Shown: positions 24,575 through 38,250 of the stretch, piece by piece
Layout of the letters: every line of letters starts with the position of its first letter
Position numbering within the stretch: position 1 is the first letter of the stretch
Source of the DNA: Ginglymostoma cirratum
Lineage: Eukaryota
DNA: 64,000 nucleotides
Reading direction: 5' to 3'
Assembly (NCBI GenBank): GCA_024137785.1
Contig: JAHRHZ010000263.1
Location: 23,581,254-23,645,253 of the forward strand
The notes under the pieces: model-generated
Told to the model about the DNA's origin: nothing
Databases searched by the model: none
The model's input: the letters and a program-made list of their open reading frames with translations, nothing else
Made by a program: the position numbers and the translations under genes

Positions 24575-25545
24575 AGGGCCATTAGACATTGGAGCAGAAG
24601 TAGACCATTCTGCACTTTGAGTCTGCTCTGCCATTCTTTTGAGATCATGGCTGATCAGATTCTCAACTCAACTTCTGTCTTCTCCCCATAACCCTTGCTT
24701 CTCTTACTGAGTTAAAAATCTGTAAGTCTTAACCTCAAATGTATTTGACAGGCTTCTGAGATAAAGAATTCTGTAGACCTACCAGTGCCTGGGAAAGAAA
24801 AAGATTTCCTCATCTCTTTCTAAAATGGGTTATGGCTCACTCGGATTATGTCCTTTGGTTCTAGATGTTCCCAGAAGAGGAAACACCTTCTCCACATCTA
24901 CCATGTCAAGCCCTCCAAGAATTGTATGTTTCAGTAAGGTGTCCTCTCATTTTGCTAAACTCCAGTATACAAGCCTAACCTACTATACTTGTCCACATTT
25001 TAAGAAAAAATCACTGTACTCAGGATCAACCTAGTGAACCTGAGAACTGTCTTTAATCTTTTCTTTGATAAAGGGGCCAAAACTGTTCACAGTATTCCAG
25101 CTGCGATCTGTGTCATCCACACTACCTGCCTTTCCACCTATTTGTGTTGCCTGCAAACTTTGTGATAGTACATCCACTTCTGTCATTTGGGTCATTAATA
25201 CATATTGTAAACGGTTATGGCCCCAGCCTTCATGCCTTTGGCACTCCACTAGTTACAGTTTGCCATCCTGAAAATGGCCCCCTTATCCCAACTTTTGTCT
25301 TATTTTTGTTAGCTGGTCCCCGCTCCGTGCAAATATATTGCCTGCAACACCATGGACTTGTTTCTCATTAACTGTATGTGCAGGACCTTATCAAATACAT
25401 TTGGATTTCCGATAGATATTACATTTACTGGTTCCTCTTTATCTACCCTGCTTATTACCTCAAAGAATTGTAATAAATTTGTCAGGCATGATTTCCCTTC
25501 CTTAGTGAAACCATGCTGACTCTGCTTGATTATATTAAGTTTCTA
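24575..25545 (-). mobile_element. Decayed CR1 LINE with internal deletions
   Basis: CR1 3' UTR (ggagcagaagtagaccattc...gagatcatggctgat) and RT remnants (catgatttccc...aaaccatgctgact). Confidence 0.75.
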
Positions 25546-26459
25546 AATGCTAAATAGTATGACAAAGAACTAGGTGTCAGAAATATAAAATAGTCCACAT
25601 AAAAATCCAACTGTGAATTCAGAAGATGTTTCTTTACCTACAAAATTTTGAATATGTAACATAACTCCAGGAAGCAATGGGTTGGTGATGCAAAAAGTGT
25701 AGACGAGCCTTAAGAGATGTTTTGAAAGGATGAGATGAACTAAAGTGGAAGGAGACTCGTAAAGAGCATGGATACGAGAATTGAGTTCTTCATTCAACAC
25801 GTTTAAGCATTGCAAATACAATATAATGTTATGTAATTCCATGATCTCTTTAGCTTGGCTTTTGTACCTGTGCACTAACATTTTCTGATTAATGTAATTC
25901 ATTACAAGAATATCTTTGCTTCTTAGTTTCTGAGCAAAAAATGTAATTTAAAAAAGCAACGTATAAGCAAAATGATCTAGCATAAATATTGGCAATGTAC
26001 TCCAACAACTTTGAATTTCAACAGAATGTATCTGCTAAGTGAGTGTTGTCCTGTCTAGATAGGTTTAATAGTTACTGGTAAGTATGATTTTGAATTCAGT
26101 AAACCTAGCCCTTAAGGGCTGGAACCAGGTTTGGGAAAAAATAAAGTAATTTACTTAATTTCCTTCATTGTAAGAAATTTGTATTTCAATCCCACTCCGA
26201 TCTACAACCTTGCGGCAAAAAATTGCCTGTTATTACATTCTGAAGTAGCTTATCAAGGTACTAATTTGTAAAATTCTATTGGAAGAAAGCAGACTTATGC
26301 TGAGAGTGGGCAACGAAATGCCAGTGTTTTCCCCCCCATAATTAGCATCAGCATGCTAAATTAATAATTGTCAGATTGCTTTCTTGACTTTCTATTGTTT
26401 TTATCATTCAGCTGAAAATGATTCAAAGATCTTTTTAATTAAGTTTCTTTATTTTTCAG

Positions 26460-26578
26460 TTCCAGGGATGGATGCAACGTTACCAGACAGCCTCACCAAC
26501 TCATACTTCAGCAGCAGCTTTATTGGTGTAAATGGCTTTGGAGGAGGCCCTGCTGAACCAAAGTACCCTTTGATTCAG
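26460..26578 (+). CDS. PAN3: PAN3 coding exon 2
   Basis: Acceptor tttctttatttttcag|, donor CAG|gtattg. 119 nt, phase 1 to 0. Encodes (I)PGMDATLPDSLTNSYFSSSFIGVNGFGGGPAEPKYPLIQ, matching the vertebrate PAN3 segment recalled as IPGMD...SYFSTSFIGVNGFG...KYPLMQ. Confidence 0.95.
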
Positions 26579-26699
26579 GTATTGGAAATTAATTGCCTCT
26601 AACTGAATCTGTTGCAGATTCCAAAAAAAAAAGACAGTTAAGTTTCTATTTCTATTTTACAAAAGAAATGAACAGTTGTTTAGAGGGATTGGGTCTTGG

Positions 26700-28215
26700 G
26701 AATTAATAATGGCAGGTGAATTGAACAGGTATTTTGCCTCAGTCTTCAGTTTCGAGGGCACACGTAATATTTCAGAAATTGCTGCAAACCAGGAAATAGA
26801 AGGAAGGGAGGGGCTCAAAAAATCTCCAAAGAAGTGATATGGAGCATATTGCTTAAGCTGGGGGTTACAGTTTCTTGGGTCTTGATGGACCCAGTTGTCG
26901 GGTTGTACAAGAAAAGGTTATTGAGATAGTTGATGCATTGGTTTTAATTTTCCATTATGACCTTGAGTCAGGGAACGTTCTGTTAGGTCGGAAGATGGCA
27001 AATTCGAAGGGGAGAGAGAGAAGGCAGGAAACAACAGCCTAGTTATTTGAATATCTCTCATATGGGCAATGTTAGAAGTTTTTAATAGAAACCATAGAGC
27101 AGGATGTATAGTGAAGTTCAGGTTAATCAAGCAGAGTTCTATGAAAAGGAAATATGTTCTTGACCATTTTATTGACGTTCTTTGGGGAAGTAACATGCGA
27201 TGAATAAATGTCTTTTTCTGATTTGCAAGATGTAAGATGTGTGTTGCAGACATCAGTGCTGAGGTCTCAATTTATTACAATCACTAAGTTACTTGGACAA
27301 ATGGGCCAAATATGTGGTTGCTAAATTTATTGATGATAGAAAGATGCATAGGAAAGTAAGTTGTGAAGAGGACATGAGGAAGGAAGCTACACAGTGATTT
27401 AGGTGGATTATGTGATGGGCAAAGATCTGGAAAATAGAGCATGATGTGGTAAAATGTGAAATTGTCTATTTAGACAGGAAGAATAAAAAATAAACTTACT
27501 ATCTTAATGGTGAGAGCTGTGAGATGCTGAGGGATCTGGGCATGTTAATGCATGAATTGCAAATGTTTGGTGTACAGGTACAGCAAATTCTTTTAAAAGC
27601 TAATAGAACATTATCATTTATTGAGGGGTATTGAGTACAAAAGTATGGAGGTTTTGCGACAATTAGACAGGATATTGGTGCCATTGCATTTGAAAGTACT
27701 GTGCGCAATATTAGTCACATCATTTAAAGAAGAACTGGAGGCAGTTCATGGAAGGTTTATTAGACTAATACCTGGAATGAGAAGGTGCCTTATGAAGAAA
27801 AGTTGGATAGGTAGGCTAGGTATGGATCTGCTGGAATTTAGAAGAGTAAGCAGCATTTCATTCAAATATAACATCCTGAGGGTTCTCGATAGAGGGACAT
27901 GGAGAGATGTTTCCTGTTTTGGGAAATTCCAAAACAAGGAATCACTGTACTCCTTTCTAAACAAAAAGGCATTGTCCATTTAAGACAAATAAGAGGAAAC
28001 CTTTTCCCACATAGGCTGTGTGTCTTTGAAAACTTCTTTCTCCAAAAGGTGGTGGAAACAGTGTCTTTGAGTGTTTTTAGGCAGAGGTGATTGATAAGGT
28101 GAAAGATTATTTTGAACAGTTGGGATTTTGGAGTAATCAGATCAACTGTGATCTGACTGAAAGGCAGAGCAGGTCTGAGGGCCCAAGTGGCCTATTTCTG
28201 CTCCTACAGTAGTTT
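26700..28215 (+). mobile_element. Decayed CR1 LINE
   Basis: LNRYFASVF-, RGIEYKS- and RFIRLIPGMR-like remnants; CR1 3' UTR ending cctatttctgctcct. Confidence 0.8.
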
Positions 28216-29079
28216 GTAAACAATGTACTGCTTCATTATTAAACTAACAATCCAAATATTATGTTGAATGTGGAGGATGATGGGTTGTTTTACACTTGAA
28301 TGTAATGTCATTTATATGTGGTTGTAAGGACAATGCTGAAAGTCCTTTGAAGAATTGGGCTGTACTTCAGTATAGTTTCAGGTAGGATTTCCACTTTTCC
28401 CACAAAATATTCTATCACTTGACATCATCTGGCACTGTAATGGACCATTAGTAAGTCTTTTTTGACAGTTCTTAAGACTGTTAACCTTGTGTAGTTTTAT
28501 TAATAGAGTTGAAAATTATTTTTTGTTTTTTGGATATGAGAACTGCTGGCAAGACCAGCATTTATTGCTCATCCCTAACTGATGGAAAAACTCCCCTTCC
28601 CCACCTACTTCTATATTCCTTGATTCCCAGGGGGAGACCGAAAATCTGCCTGTCTTAGCCTTGAATATCATCAATGATGAAGCATCCACAAACTGCTAGA
28701 GAATTTCTAAGTTTCACAAGCTTTTGAATAAATTTTTCCTCATCTGATTAGCCCATTGTCCTAAGATACTACTCCCCTGCTCGAGATTCCCTTGCCAGTA
28801 GAAACATCCCTGTTTTCAAGGAAAAAGGATCAGCATAGCGTCAATAGGTTGAAGAGACCAAGGTTGTTATCTTTGGAATAGCAAAGGCTGAGGAAATTGG
28901 ATAAAAATGTTTAAAATCGTGAAAGATGCAGATAGACTAAATTAAGAGGAACTGTTTCCAGTGGCTGAAAGGTGATTTAATGCCATTGGCAACAGCAGCC
29001 AGTAGGCCATGAGGCATTAGATAAATTATTGATGCTGTGAAGACTGCAGGAACATACAGAAGAAGCAGCACAAATGCAA

Positions 29080-29880
29080 CAGGCCAATTACCACCCCACC
29101 AGTCTACTTTTGACCATCAATAAAGTGACAGAAGATGTCTTCAACAGTGTTCAAACAGCACCTACTCAGCAATAATTTGCTCACTGATGCCCAGTTTAAG
29201 TCTGCCAGGGCTATTCAGCTCCTGACCTCATTACAGTCCTGGTTCAAAAATGGTCAGAAGAGGTGAAGTGAGAGTGACAGTCCTTGACATCAAGGTTGCA
29301 GTCAACTGAGTGTAACCTTAAGGAGCCCTAGCAAAATTGGAATCAATGGGAATCAGGAGGCAAATCTGTTGCTTGTTGGTGTCCTACCTGGCATGCAGTA
29401 AGATGGTCTTGGTTGTAGGAGGTCAGTCATCTCAGCTTCAGAATATCTCTGCAGGAGTTTCTTAGAGTATTGTCCTAGCCCAAACATCTTCAGCTGCTTC
29501 ATCAGTGACCTTCCCTGCATCATAAGGTCAGAAGTGGGGATGTTCACCAATAATTGCACAGTATTCAACACTATTTGTGGCTCCTCAGATACTGAAGCAG
29601 TCCATGTTCAAATGCAGCAAGATCTGGACAATATCCAAGCTTGGGCAGACAAATGACTGGTAATGTTTGTGCCACACAAATGCCAGGCAATGGCCATCCC
29701 CAGTGAGAGACAGTCTAAGCGTTGCCTTTAACAGTCATTGGTCTTACCATCACTGAATTCCCTCACTATCAGCATCCTGGGGTTACCATTGACCGGAAAG
29801 TCAATTGGATTCGACATATAGAAACAGCGGCTCCAAAAGCTGGTTAAAGGTTGGGAAAGCTCTCCAAAGCCTGTCTACCT
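29080..29880 (+). mobile_element. L2/CR1-group LINE RT fragment
   Basis: HSAPDLIT-, LDIK-, FSCFISDLP- and MQQDLDNIQAWADK-like remnants. Confidence 0.8.
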
Positions 29881-30349
29881 GAAACTCTTTCAGTTGTAGG
29901 GTTCCACCGGGAAGATAAATCCATCTTTCTCTTTTACACCAGACCTTTTATGCATTTCTAGCCATACCGTTTTCTTTCTGTTAACTCTTTGGTCACCCAA
30001 AGCTTAATTAGCTTGATGTCCTAAATAAATGAGGATTCTTGCAGATCTTGTTATTACTTCTCCAAACTGTGGTTGATTTTTGTCTTTTGTCCCTGGGACA
30101 TGGTTGACACAAGCACTTATTTCCTTCCCCCAGTTGTTTTGAACGCATTGTGCCCAAACATATAATTTGGGAGCAGAGATGCCCATATCCTAGATCAGGA
30201 CTACTATAACAGTCAGTAAAAGCACTTTGTTTACCATACTATTAGGCATTGTGCACCTTACAGACCTACCTTACAAATTCCAAAAATAATCAGTTTGAAA
30301 GTAAAGGTTTTTATCTGACATCAGGGTGTTTTCTCTCTCTGCTGTCTCA

Positions 30350-30465
30350 GAACTGCTCTCAAAGACCTTCACATCCAATTAAGTACTTTTGAAGGCTTGT
30401 AATGGGGAAAATGTCAGCCAATTTGTGGACAGCAAGTTCCTATAGATAGCAATATGATAAATGTT
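30350..30465 (-). mobile_element. DeuSINE-like (Deu-domain) fragment
   Basis: ccaattaagtacttttgaag...cagccaatttgtggacagcaagttcctatagatagcaatatgataa resembles the AmnSINE/SacSINE Deu domain as recalled. A further possible piece lies at about 53730-53830. Confidence 0.5.
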
Positions 30466-30689
30466 GTCTAGGTTTTATCTAGGCCAATCTTATTCCTGTA
30501 ACAGAAGACTTAACTAATTTAATAGTAAGGATCAACAATTGAAGTTGCATTCAATAGTAGGAACGGAAACTTAAGGCAGAACGGCGTCAAGCTCAAAGAT
30601 TAAGTGTTATTAATGAAGCAGGATTGATCATTTTCTCAAAAGTGCTTAAATGACCCTGGTATTTTTGTTGTGAAGATAAACTTTTATAA

Positions 30690-31160
30690 CTTATGGGAAG
30701 TAGGCATCACTCACTGGTCCAACATTTATTGCCCACTCCAATTTGCCTTTGAGAAAGTGTGGTGAGCTGTTGCTTTGAACCACAACAGTCCAGTTGACAT
30801 AAGTAGACCTACAATAATACTAGGGAAGATGTTCCAGGATTTTGACTGAGTCACAATGAAAGAATGGCAATATATTTCCAAGTCAGGATGGCAAGTGGCT
30901 TGGAGGGGAACTTGCAGGTGGTGGTGTTCCCATGCATCTGCTGCCCCTGTCCATTTAGATGATAGTAGTCATGAGTTTGGAAAGTGCTATCTCAGGTGCC
31001 ATGGTAAATTATAGTAGTGCATCTTGTAGATGGTACGCACTGCTGCTGAGCATTGATGGTGGAGAATGTGATTTTTTTTTTGATGTGGTGCTCATCAAGT
31101 AGATTGCATTTTCCTGGATGTGTCAAGCTCATTGAATCTTCGTAGAATTGCATTCATCCA
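30690..31160 (-). mobile_element. L2/CR1-group LINE 3' end
   Basis: Reverse complement of the tail seen at 22930-23315. Confidence 0.75.
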
Positions 31161-32899
31161 GGCAAACGGTAAGGAAATAATGTGGATAAATAGAAGTGAA
31201 GATAAACTGCAAGAAAAAAACACATTCAAACTAATGAAGATGCTAAAAGGGATTACGAACCTAGGAAACAGGATAAATAGAAATAACAATAATTCAAAGT
31301 AAGTAATGAAATTAAAATATTAAATGTATAAAAACAAAGTGAAATATTTGATAGTCACTTGTGTAACAAAATAGAATAACACCATAGACAAGGCCACTGA
31401 GAGATGTGCAAGATAAATTCACGACGTTAGGATGACAGGATTGCTGATGAGATACTTTGACTTAGCTTTCCTTGAATGGGCTTTCAAACAAAAATAAATT
31501 CAGCAGTAGAAGAGAAGTATCCAAGTGCCATTTTACCAATTCCTTGATAATGGGTTCCAACATTTTCACAATGACCATCAGGCTACGTAGCCTGTAGTTT
31601 CTCTCCATCTGTTTTTGAATAGCAGTCCACTGGGACTTTTCCATCAACTTGGGAGTTTTAGAAGGTCATAACCAATGCTTGCATGTCTTTTTTAAGAACT
31701 CTTGAGTGTGGGCTATTAGGTTCAAAGAATTTGCCAGATTATAGTTTTATTAATTTCTGCAGTACTTTTTCTTTATTGATGTTAATTATTTTTAGTTCCT
31801 CACTATCTCCTTGTCTCCCCATTAATTCTGTTTTTGTTTTCTACTGTGAAGACAAGATGCAATGTATCTCTTTAACATTTCGGTTTCCTTTCTACTGTCT
31901 CAGGGCTTTAATGCATCCATGTTTACTGTTGCTTTTGGGGCACCCGTTTTAGTAATCATGCTTTAAATGAAAAGGGATGGATTTTGGTTTAAAAAGAACA
32001 TAAGTGAGAAGAAAGGTGACCCAGAAGTTGCTGTGTTTGATCAGGGAAGTCTGCTCAGGTGCAAAGAGTTTGTGCATGCCTGGTGGGTTGTGATGTATGA
32101 CTTCCAGCAATATTTACAATTGCATCAGTAGTTATTTGTATGGATCTACCATAGCTGTGACCTCTGACCCAAAATAACACTGAACACCTTCCAGCATATG
32201 AGTATGTTGAAAAGCTTATTGGAGTGAAGGCCACAGTAAAATGTGTTAAATTTGTTGGATTCAATTTAAAGTAAAGCTTATATTGTTTAGAATCGTTACC
32301 TTTCTTGTTCAGTGTACCTATTTAGTCACTATTGCTCATGTATGTTCTGTTCGGATTTGTAAGTAAAGATTGTTTAGGTGTTTCAATTTAATCCTGCTGT
32401 TTTATTTTCTTATCTTTGGTTCTTCCATGCACTTTGTTTTTCAAATGAGTATGATCCATCAAGCCAAATCCAAACAAATGTCCATCTTGTCCACTTGTCT
32501 CATAATGGGTGTCATAACATCATGCTTCAAAACAATCAGTCAGAAGGCATCCCAGCATGAGAGATTTTGCAGAGGGATCTCCGGATGTTGTCATTATTGG
32601 TCTTTGAAGAAATTGCTGTGTTTTGTTTTTGTTCTTGCAGCAGATATCTGCCTTGAATGTGACAGGTGTCTGACCGCGGGAGAAATGAACTGTCGGCAGC
32701 GTTCCCTTATTTGTGACATTGAACATATTTGTCAGAATGCGCTACAGTAATGTGGCCTCCTTTTGACTCTAGTTAAATGTTTTTAAAGCATACAAATAAG
32801 TGAGGAGCTACTAAATTGTACAGTGGACGTGATTTCCTTCTCTGTTTGGTTATATGTAAAAATGAAGTGTCATCCTGGTGAACCAACACACAGGTTTAG

Positions 32900-35030
32900 T
32901 TGTGTGCCACCAGTGAAAGCAATGTGCAATAGACAGTTAAAGTATCACATGACCAAAGTATCAAATCTGAGCTCTGCAGTCCTATCACAAATAGTCATGA
33001 ATGATTGTTGACAATCAAGCAGCTAAAAGGAAACTCCCCATTGTCAATGAAGTGGGAACTCAGTATATCAGTACAAAAGAAAAGGCTGAAATATTTGCAA
33101 CCTATCTTGAGCCTGAAAGTGCTGAGTGTTTGACCCATCTCTGCCTCTTCTTGAGGTCCCCAGCGTTACAGATGACATTCTTGAACCGATTTGATAGACA
33201 CCGCATGATATCAAGAAAAGTGTGAAGGCATTAGATATTGCAAAAGCTATGGGCCCTGACAACATTGCAACAGGTATTATAGACTGGTGCCATGCATTCC
33301 AGTTCAGCAACGACACTGACGTATACCCGACTTTGTGACCCATAACACAGATATGTCCTGAATACGGACAAATTCACCCTGGTCAATTACTGCCTATCAG
33401 TCTATTCTCTGTCCTTTGCAAAGTAATGGAAAGGATTGCTGACATGCTATCAAGTGGCACTTGGAAAGGAACAGCTGGCTCACTGATGTTGAGTTGGCAT
33501 TTGGCATGGCCACTTGGCTCCTGCAAGACAGAAGTCATTACAGGCTTAATCCAGACATGGGACAAAGGAGCTGGATTCCAGAGATGAGGTGAGATCTTTG
33601 CCTTTGACTGAGAAAGGCATTAAGGAATCCTAGCAAAACTAGAGCCACTGGGAATCAGGGAGAGCTCTGCTGATTGGAAGATGGTTGTGGTTGTTAGAGG
33701 TCAGTCCTCTCAGGTCTAGGATATCCCTGTAGGCGTCCCTCAGGGTACATATTTTCTAATCATTCTGTTTGCTGATGTTAATACAAATGGGATGAATGTG
33801 GGCCTCATGGCTTAGATTTAAAGACACTACTACTGTGTCGTAAGAGCTCGCAAGAGTGTGATGTTGTGTGGTTGGTAAATCAGGTCGGTATGCATTGTAA
33901 ACCTTTCTAATTAGCATATTAAGAGATATTATGATACCTCAAACAGGTGGAACTTGACCCTTTTGGTTCTGAGGTAGGGATACCACAACGGCACTGCACA
34001 AGCCCTGAGTAGATATTCTGTAAGGAAATGCCTTGAAAATACCTCTGGAGTAGATATGGGTTGAAGGCTAGCTGAGAGGTAGTGACACTAATGTTCTAGG
34101 CACAATCATCTTCAGCTGCTTCATGAATGACCTTCTCTCCACCACAAGGTGAGAAGTGGGGATGTTTGCTGATGACTGCACAATGTTCAGCACCATTCCC
34201 AAATCTTCAGAGGCTGAAGCACCTGTGCATATATGCAACAAGATCTGGACAATATCCAGGTTTCGGGCTGATATGTTGTGAATAACATACACACTATGCA
34301 TAGTTCCAAACAGTGATTATCTCCAGAAGAGAAAATCTACCATCGCTCCATGATGCTCAATGGCATTATCCTTTGCTGAATCTGCCTCTTTTTCTAATAT
34401 CCTGGGGGTTACCATTCACAAGAAATTGAACTGGACTTGTACATAATATGTACGCAAGTGTAGGTCATAGGTTAGGAATTCTGCAGGAAGTAACTCTTCA
34501 GTTTCCACTTGCCTGTACGTCATGTGCAAGGCACAAGTCAAGAATTTGTCGTTCTACTCATGATGTGGAATACTTTCTATTTGTCTCATGAGTACAGCTT
34601 CAGCCACACTCAAGAAGTTTGGCACGGTCTAGGATAAAGCCCATGTGATTGGCACCCTACCTATCATTTTCAGCACTCTTTCCCTTCACCACTGTGAAGG
34701 TTATAATGCGGTAACTCACCAAGGCTTCTGTAATGACACTTTCCAAACTCACAATCTCTACTACCAAGAAGGACCAGGAGTACCACCAGCTGCAGGTTGC
34801 CTTCCAAGTCTCTCAACGTGCTGACCTGGAAACGCATGGTCATTCCTTCACCATCACTGGATGAAAATTCTTGGAACTTGGAACTTCTACCTTCCCCTCA
34901 GCGCTGTGGTGAGACTGAGCGAAGCAGTTTAAGAAGGCAGCTCACCATCACCACCTTCAGGACAGTCAGGGATGGGTTAAAAAGTGCTGGCCTGGCCTAG
35001 CCAGCACCACACTCGTCATTGGAACAAATT
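32900..35030 (+). mobile_element. Decayed L2/CR1-group LINE, interrupted at about 33750-34090
   Basis: KAMGPDNI, NYxPISLFSVLCKVME, GVPQG and FSCFMNDL..MFADDCT motifs, then the 3' tail. The RT resumes after the interruption. Confidence 0.8.
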
Positions 35031-35637
35031 TTAAAACCAAATACTTCTGTTGCTTTTGTTCTAGCTAATCACTCTGTTGCTGACAGGTCTGTAGGTCTCA
35101 AATCTGGCTTCTAAAACACTGTCACAGCCCCAAAGCAAGAGTGCCCTGTCATGATTCGCTTCTGATTTTTGTTCCTCTCCCTGTTTCCTCCCCATTCATG
35201 TTGACTGAAGGAAGATATTTAATTTTCCACCAATTAACATAGATTGAGAAATCAGAATGTGTGAGGCTGTGGGCTCAAAGCTGAATCTGTCTACATGCTT
35301 TTTAACACTCTTGTTCAAGTCAAGGAAACTAACATTTCTGTGAGTTCATCTTGTAGAGCAGATATGCCCTAGCACACAACTGATTTGATCTTGATTAGAG
35401 TGTGTGAGGCACATCGAGCTGTCACTGCTGGCAGCAACAGGGTTTGGAGGGGTTGTTGAGGGGGAAAATGACAAGAGGTAAAGGCTGTCTAGCAGCAAAA
35501 GTACCCTGATTCTTGGCTGGAGGGATTGCAGAGGGTCACATCTTGGGGACCGCTTGGATGCCATAGGATCTAGAGTGCAGAATGGAATGGGGGAAATGCA
35601 TGGAAGGTATCGAATGAGGGACAAGGGTGGCAAATGA

Positions 35638-35762
35638 TGAAGGGTCTAGGCCCGAAACGTCAAGTTTTCCTGCTCCTATGATGCTGCTTGGCCTGCTGTT
35701 GTTGATCCAGCCCCACGCCCTGTTATCTCGGATTCTCCAGCATCTACAGTACCTTTTATCTC
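35638..35762 (+). mobile_element. 125-bp PLE-terminus-only insertion with TSD
   Basis: tgaagggtctaggcccgaaacgtcaag...gtaccttttatctc flanked by the direct repeat tggcaaatga (35628-35637 and 35763-35772). Near-identical to 26-149. Confidence 0.85.
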
Positions 35763-38250
35763 TGGCAAATGAAGGGGATGTGATGAAAAAATTAATTGCC
35801 CGTGAAGGAAAGGATGAATATGTTGGAATGGGTATGGAACAGAACAGAGGGATGCTTTGGGTAGGATGAGGATATAAAGAAGTACTGTTGCAACAAAGAT
35901 TTGTATTTCACTGTAAATGTTTGAAGCATCTGCTAGTAACAATATTATAAACCTTATTTGCTTGATATTTGCAAATTCAAAGTTTTCTTAAATTACAGAA
36001 GTTTGTTGTGATCAAGGTTATTTTATTTACAACACAGTCAAACATTGTTAGTGCATGTTCTTGTATACTATATTTCATTAAAATGAAAAAAATTGTCACC
36101 TTGAGTATTTTTTTTCTCTTGATAAGTTGGAGTATTGTAATTTGGTACAGCATGGAATTGTATGACCTCATTCATTTGGCTCTACCAGTTGTTGGGAATT
36201 AGAAACAGGAATGTTTTGCTGGTTACCACCAGACCATTTTATTTCCCCTAGTGTAATGTTGTTCAAGCAGTACTGGCTCAGCAGATTATTCACATTTTAT
36301 TGCACTTGTGAAAGTAGAGGATACTTGTGTCAGATTTGGAATTTTTGTTGAACCAATATTTATTTCTATGCATCAAGAAAATAACTTGAGGCATTGGAAC
36401 AAATCTAACATTATACAAAGTAATGGCTTTATCGTCGTGACTTTCAAATGGACTGACATGTATGGAATTGAAGGGGCAGTGGCAGGATGGATATGAATTT
36501 ACCTAAGAGTTAGAAATTGGGGAGTAGTAAGTAGTAAATGGTTGATTTTTTAAAAAAAAATTGGGGAGGACGCTGTGTTACTCGGGGATCGTTATTTAGG
36601 GTGCTGACTTGAATTTGTGTACAAGGAGGATAATATCAAAATGTAGTTAAACATTAGGACCATCGTAATCCACTTCAGAAGGACATAGAAAATCTGTGGC
36701 TGGGGCTATTTTTGTGCTGTATGAAGGGAGTAAATCTGATTCATGTAGGGAATTCTCAGATAATCTGAGGGGTAACCACACTTCATGCTTGTGGTTGAAA
36801 ATCCAATCAGTTCTAAGGGAACTGCAATTGTGGTGGTGGACTAACAAATGAGAAAGTGGGAAAGATACTTTACCTGGATTACTAGATGTATTACTGTTTG
36901 TTAGCATTTATTGTGAGGTATTAATATAAAAATCTTTTTACAAACATGAAAAATCTTGTCATATAATTGACAACACGTAGCATCAAGTGTTATGATAAAG
37001 TAACAGTTCTTGTCTGAGTAATACTCTAATTCTAAATTTGTAAGAAGAGACATCTGATTTTGACTATCAGTTTAAAAGAAACAGATTTTTCTGTTAGTAA
37101 AATAGATGAGTAGACATTAGCAATATTTATTTGTGCGTTCTCCTATACAAACAGCTTATATGTAACTTAAACAATCTTAATTCTAATTATTTATGGCTGG
37201 GTATCATTTTTAATTGAAAAGCCAGGAACAGACTTCCTAATCTATTAAAATGTTTAAAGTTTAACCATCACAGTGGAGGAATTATTCAGACATTTCTTTG
37301 GCATTTTCTTCAAGGTATACATTGTTATAAGTTTGATTATGGAAAGACTTTGCTGCAGCCTCCTAACAACATAGTGTTGTATCATAAAGGAGAACAAGCA
37401 TAAATTGTTTAAACTTCATTATATGTAAGCCTGATTTTCCAAAATTGTATGGAGTTATGAAGTTAGGACTGCACAGAAAACAGGAATTCGGTCTGTTTGA
37501 GTCCTTGCTGCCTTTCTGTAGAACAGTCTAGTCAGTCCAATTTCCCCACTCTATTCTTATACCATGAATGTTGTAGAAAGTGCGTTCTAAAGAAATGCCA
37601 TTCGCTTTGTAAAAATAGTTCTTTCTCCCGTCACATCTTTTTGCTCAAATCCGTCCTGGTCCTTCACCACATCAGCTAATAAGAACAGCTTGTCGTCTTC
37701 TACCTTTTTACGTAAATCTGTGTAAATAAAAATCTTCGCACCTTTAACAGATCGTCACTTAATTTCTTCTGTTCCAAGAAGAGAGAGTCCAGCATTTTTG
37801 TTTTTTTTTAAGCTAAATTCCCTAAGCCCTGAAACCATTCAGATAAGTCTCCTGTGCACTCTTTGAAGGACTTCCACTTCTTTCCTAAACTGTAGTGACA
37901 AAAATTTGATTCAGTACTCTGGTTTTGAGCTTTTAAAAGTTCAACCTGTCATCTTTTTGACTTGATAGATCTATTGATGGAACTTTAAGATTCTTTTATG
38001 CTTTGTTAACCACTCTCTCTGTGTCCTTCCACCTTCAAAAATTGATGTAAATGATCTCTCAGGTCCTTCCACTCCTGCAAATTCTTAGAACTGAGCTATG
38101 GAGGCCATGTTCCTCCGTTGCCATCCCTTCTACAAAAAGGCATCATCTTGCACCTCTCTATTGAGTTACATCTGCCACATGTCTGCTTGTTCTGTTGCCT
38201 ATATATGTATCTATTGTGGTTGATTGAAAACATCGTCACAGTTATCACAC

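Noticed and set aside
32370-32750. 126-aa ORF as a nested gene
   Set aside because: TTG start, composition driven by T-rich intronic sequence, no recognisable domain. Kept only as a candidate non-coding element.
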